Assembly: GCA_001949185.1 (NCBI GenBank)
Contig: BDGG01000001.1
Span: 7,328,149-7,392,148, forward strand
DNA: 64,000 nt
Direction of reading: 5' to 3'
From: Ramazzottius varieornatus
Lineage: Eukaryota > Animalia > Tardigrada
How positions within the stretch are numbered: position 1 is the stretch's first letter; each line of letters begins with the position of its first letter. The translations under genes and the position numbers were made by a program. The notes beneath the pieces are model-generated. The model saw only the letters and a list, made by a program, of their open reading frames with translations. It made no database searches and was not told the origin of the DNA. Of this stretch, positions 62,501 through 64,000 are shown piece after piece.

Positions 62501-63567
62501 CCGTAACTGGCGTCACCGTCACTGGTACCACGGCCAGCAATACCGGTCCAACTACCACTCCCAACCCCAACGCTACTGGTACACCCTCCACTACCCCAGT
62601 AACCGGAGGCACCGGCACGACTACCCTCAGTACGGGACCGACCGTAACTGGCGTCACCGTCACTGGTACCACGGCCAGCAATACCGGTCCAACTACCACT
62701 CCCAACCCCAACGCTACTGGTACACCCTCCACTACCCCAGTAACCGGAGGCACCGGCACGACTACCCTCAGTACGGGACCGACCGTAACTGGCGTCACCG
62801 TCACTGGTACCACGGCCAGCAATACCGGTCCAACTACCACTCCCAACCCCAACGCTACTGGTACACCCTCCACTACCCTAGTAACCGGAGGCACCGGCAC
62901 GACTACCCTCAGTACGGGACCGACCGTAACTGGCGTCACCGTCACTGGTACCACGGCCAGCAATACCGGTCCAACTACCACTCCCAACCCCAACGCTACT
63001 GGTACACCCTCCACTACCCTAGTAACCGGAGGCACCGGCACGACTACCCTCAGTACGGGACCGACCGTAACTGGCGTCACCGTCACTGGTACCACGGCCA
63101 GCAATACCGGTCCAACTACCACTCCCAACCCCAACGCTACTGGTACACCCTCCACTACCCTAGTAACCGGAGGCACCGGCACGACTACCCTCAGTACGGG
63201 ACCGACTGTCACTGGGCCCGGTGGGACCGCTGTCACGACTGCGACCGGCCCCAGTACTGGCTCGACGGGCGTCGGAGGTATCACCGCGACGACCGTGGCG
63301 GGAACCGGAAGCACAGGCGCAACCAACACGAACAGTGCCTCGACAGTCACCGGCACTGGAGGAACTGGCTCTTCTGTACCGACCGCAAGTCCCGGCACCG
63401 CGAACACTGGTGCTACGACCACTCAAACTCCGTCGAGAACGACACCCTTTATTTATCCGTACACCGAAGCTCCAACCCACTACGGACAAACAGAAACCGT
63501 CGGTAGCAACTATGTGTGGTACTCACCTCGCGATCTCTATAACCGTATCTTTGCTCGATCCCTCTAG
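59556..63567 (+). CDS. Cys-domain mucin cluster gene 5 (>1000-aa Ser/Thr/Gly stalk)
   Basis: Signal peptide MPLYHVCFLLALVFHLASA; ITCCTPD / FPSLAGAGACTSTEDLGDICSANEASFSQDCGAFEGSWCCY / APPGSSIPPPSAQC; the stalk spans an assembly gap. Confidence 0.85.
61427..61476. other. Assembly gap (50 N) inside the mucin exon
   Basis: Run of N. Confidence 1.
61950..63212 (+). repeat. Coding tandem repeat, 9 x 141 bp (47 aa)
   Basis: ggtaccacggccagcaatacc recurs at 61960, 62101, 62242 ... 63088. Confidence 0.97.
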
Positions 63568-63737
63568 TGACTACTGTGCACTTCTCAGTCTGTGTATTTT
63601 TGTATAAATTTCATTTTTCCCAATAAAAGTGTCTCAATAAAATGACCGGAAACGCATTTTAGATAAAGATAAAAAGATCTATTTGGGAGGGGAAAGAAAT
63701 CTCACTTTTCGTTCATCACCAAACCGCAACTTGTCGA

Positions 63738-64000
63738 TCACACCCAAGCATCCCAGCCGACAAAAATGCGACCCAGTAAGTTACTGTCGGTAGCTTGGTC
63801 AATCAGACACTGGACTTGGGCTTCGACAGACAAGCCGGTTTGTGGGTAAGCTCGACGAACACTATCCTTATCACCCAAACACCACTCAGTAAAATTCTTC
63901 AAAGAGAACAGTACCGACTTCTGGTTCGGGAACCACGGGTTGGCCAGCGCTTCGTCTCGGGTGATGTAGGCGGGATTCTCTCCCAGCAGCTTTCTGCCCA
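63738..64000 (-). CDS. PRKDC: DNA-dependent protein kinase catalytic subunit, C-terminal FATC end (gene continues beyond the window)
   Basis: Manual translation GRKLLGENPAYITRDE...GDKDSVRRAYPQTGLSVEAQVQCLIDQATDSNLLGRIFVGWDAWV* is colinear with the recalled DNA-PKcs end (RKLAGANPAVITCDE...[32 protein letters not shown]). Confidence 0.9.
   Translation of the reverse strand, partial: GRKLLGENPAYITRDEALANPWFPNQKSVLFSLKNFTEWCLGDKDSVRRAYPQTGLSVEAQVQCLIDQATDSNLLGRIFVGWDAWV

Noticed and set aside
47852-63422. Long Val-rich minus-strand ORFs (e.g. 60128-61483, 61344-63422)
   Set aside because: They are antisense shadows of Thr/Ser codon repeats.

Overview
Gene-dense, intron-rich animal DNA, inferred to be eutardigrade (a SAHS-family gene is present; the compact introns fit Ramazzottius, but the species is not confirmed). 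The ORF track uses GTG/TTG starts and ignores splicing, so gene models were rebuilt by hand from GT-AG sites. Genes in order: SAHS-like (-), synaptobrevin (+), Dbs/MCF2L-like lacking DH-PH (-), several small orphan secreted proteins, Sox (-), a receptor Tyr kinase with a minimal ectodomain (+), calcineurin A (-), a His-rich secreted protein (+), CFAP161 (+), an SLC46 transporter (+), a tandem pair of orphan secreted paralogs (-), HMGXB4 (+), ISY1 (+), a secreted neprilysin (+), a five-gene cluster of secreted proteins with a clip/defensin-like Cys domain on mucin stalks (46.4-63.6 kb; first copy apparently dead), and the FATC end of DNA-PKcs (-), which the ORF track misses. The most striking non-coding signal is a dispersed ~125-bp hairpin element at 14 loci, 11 of them intronic. 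Its AAGTGGCGCA / TGCGCCACTT cores are conserved and 27 nt apart in 14 of 15 complete units, although the intervening sequence is heavily diverged. A second, unrelated hairpin family shows the same fixed-spacer design (29-30 nt).
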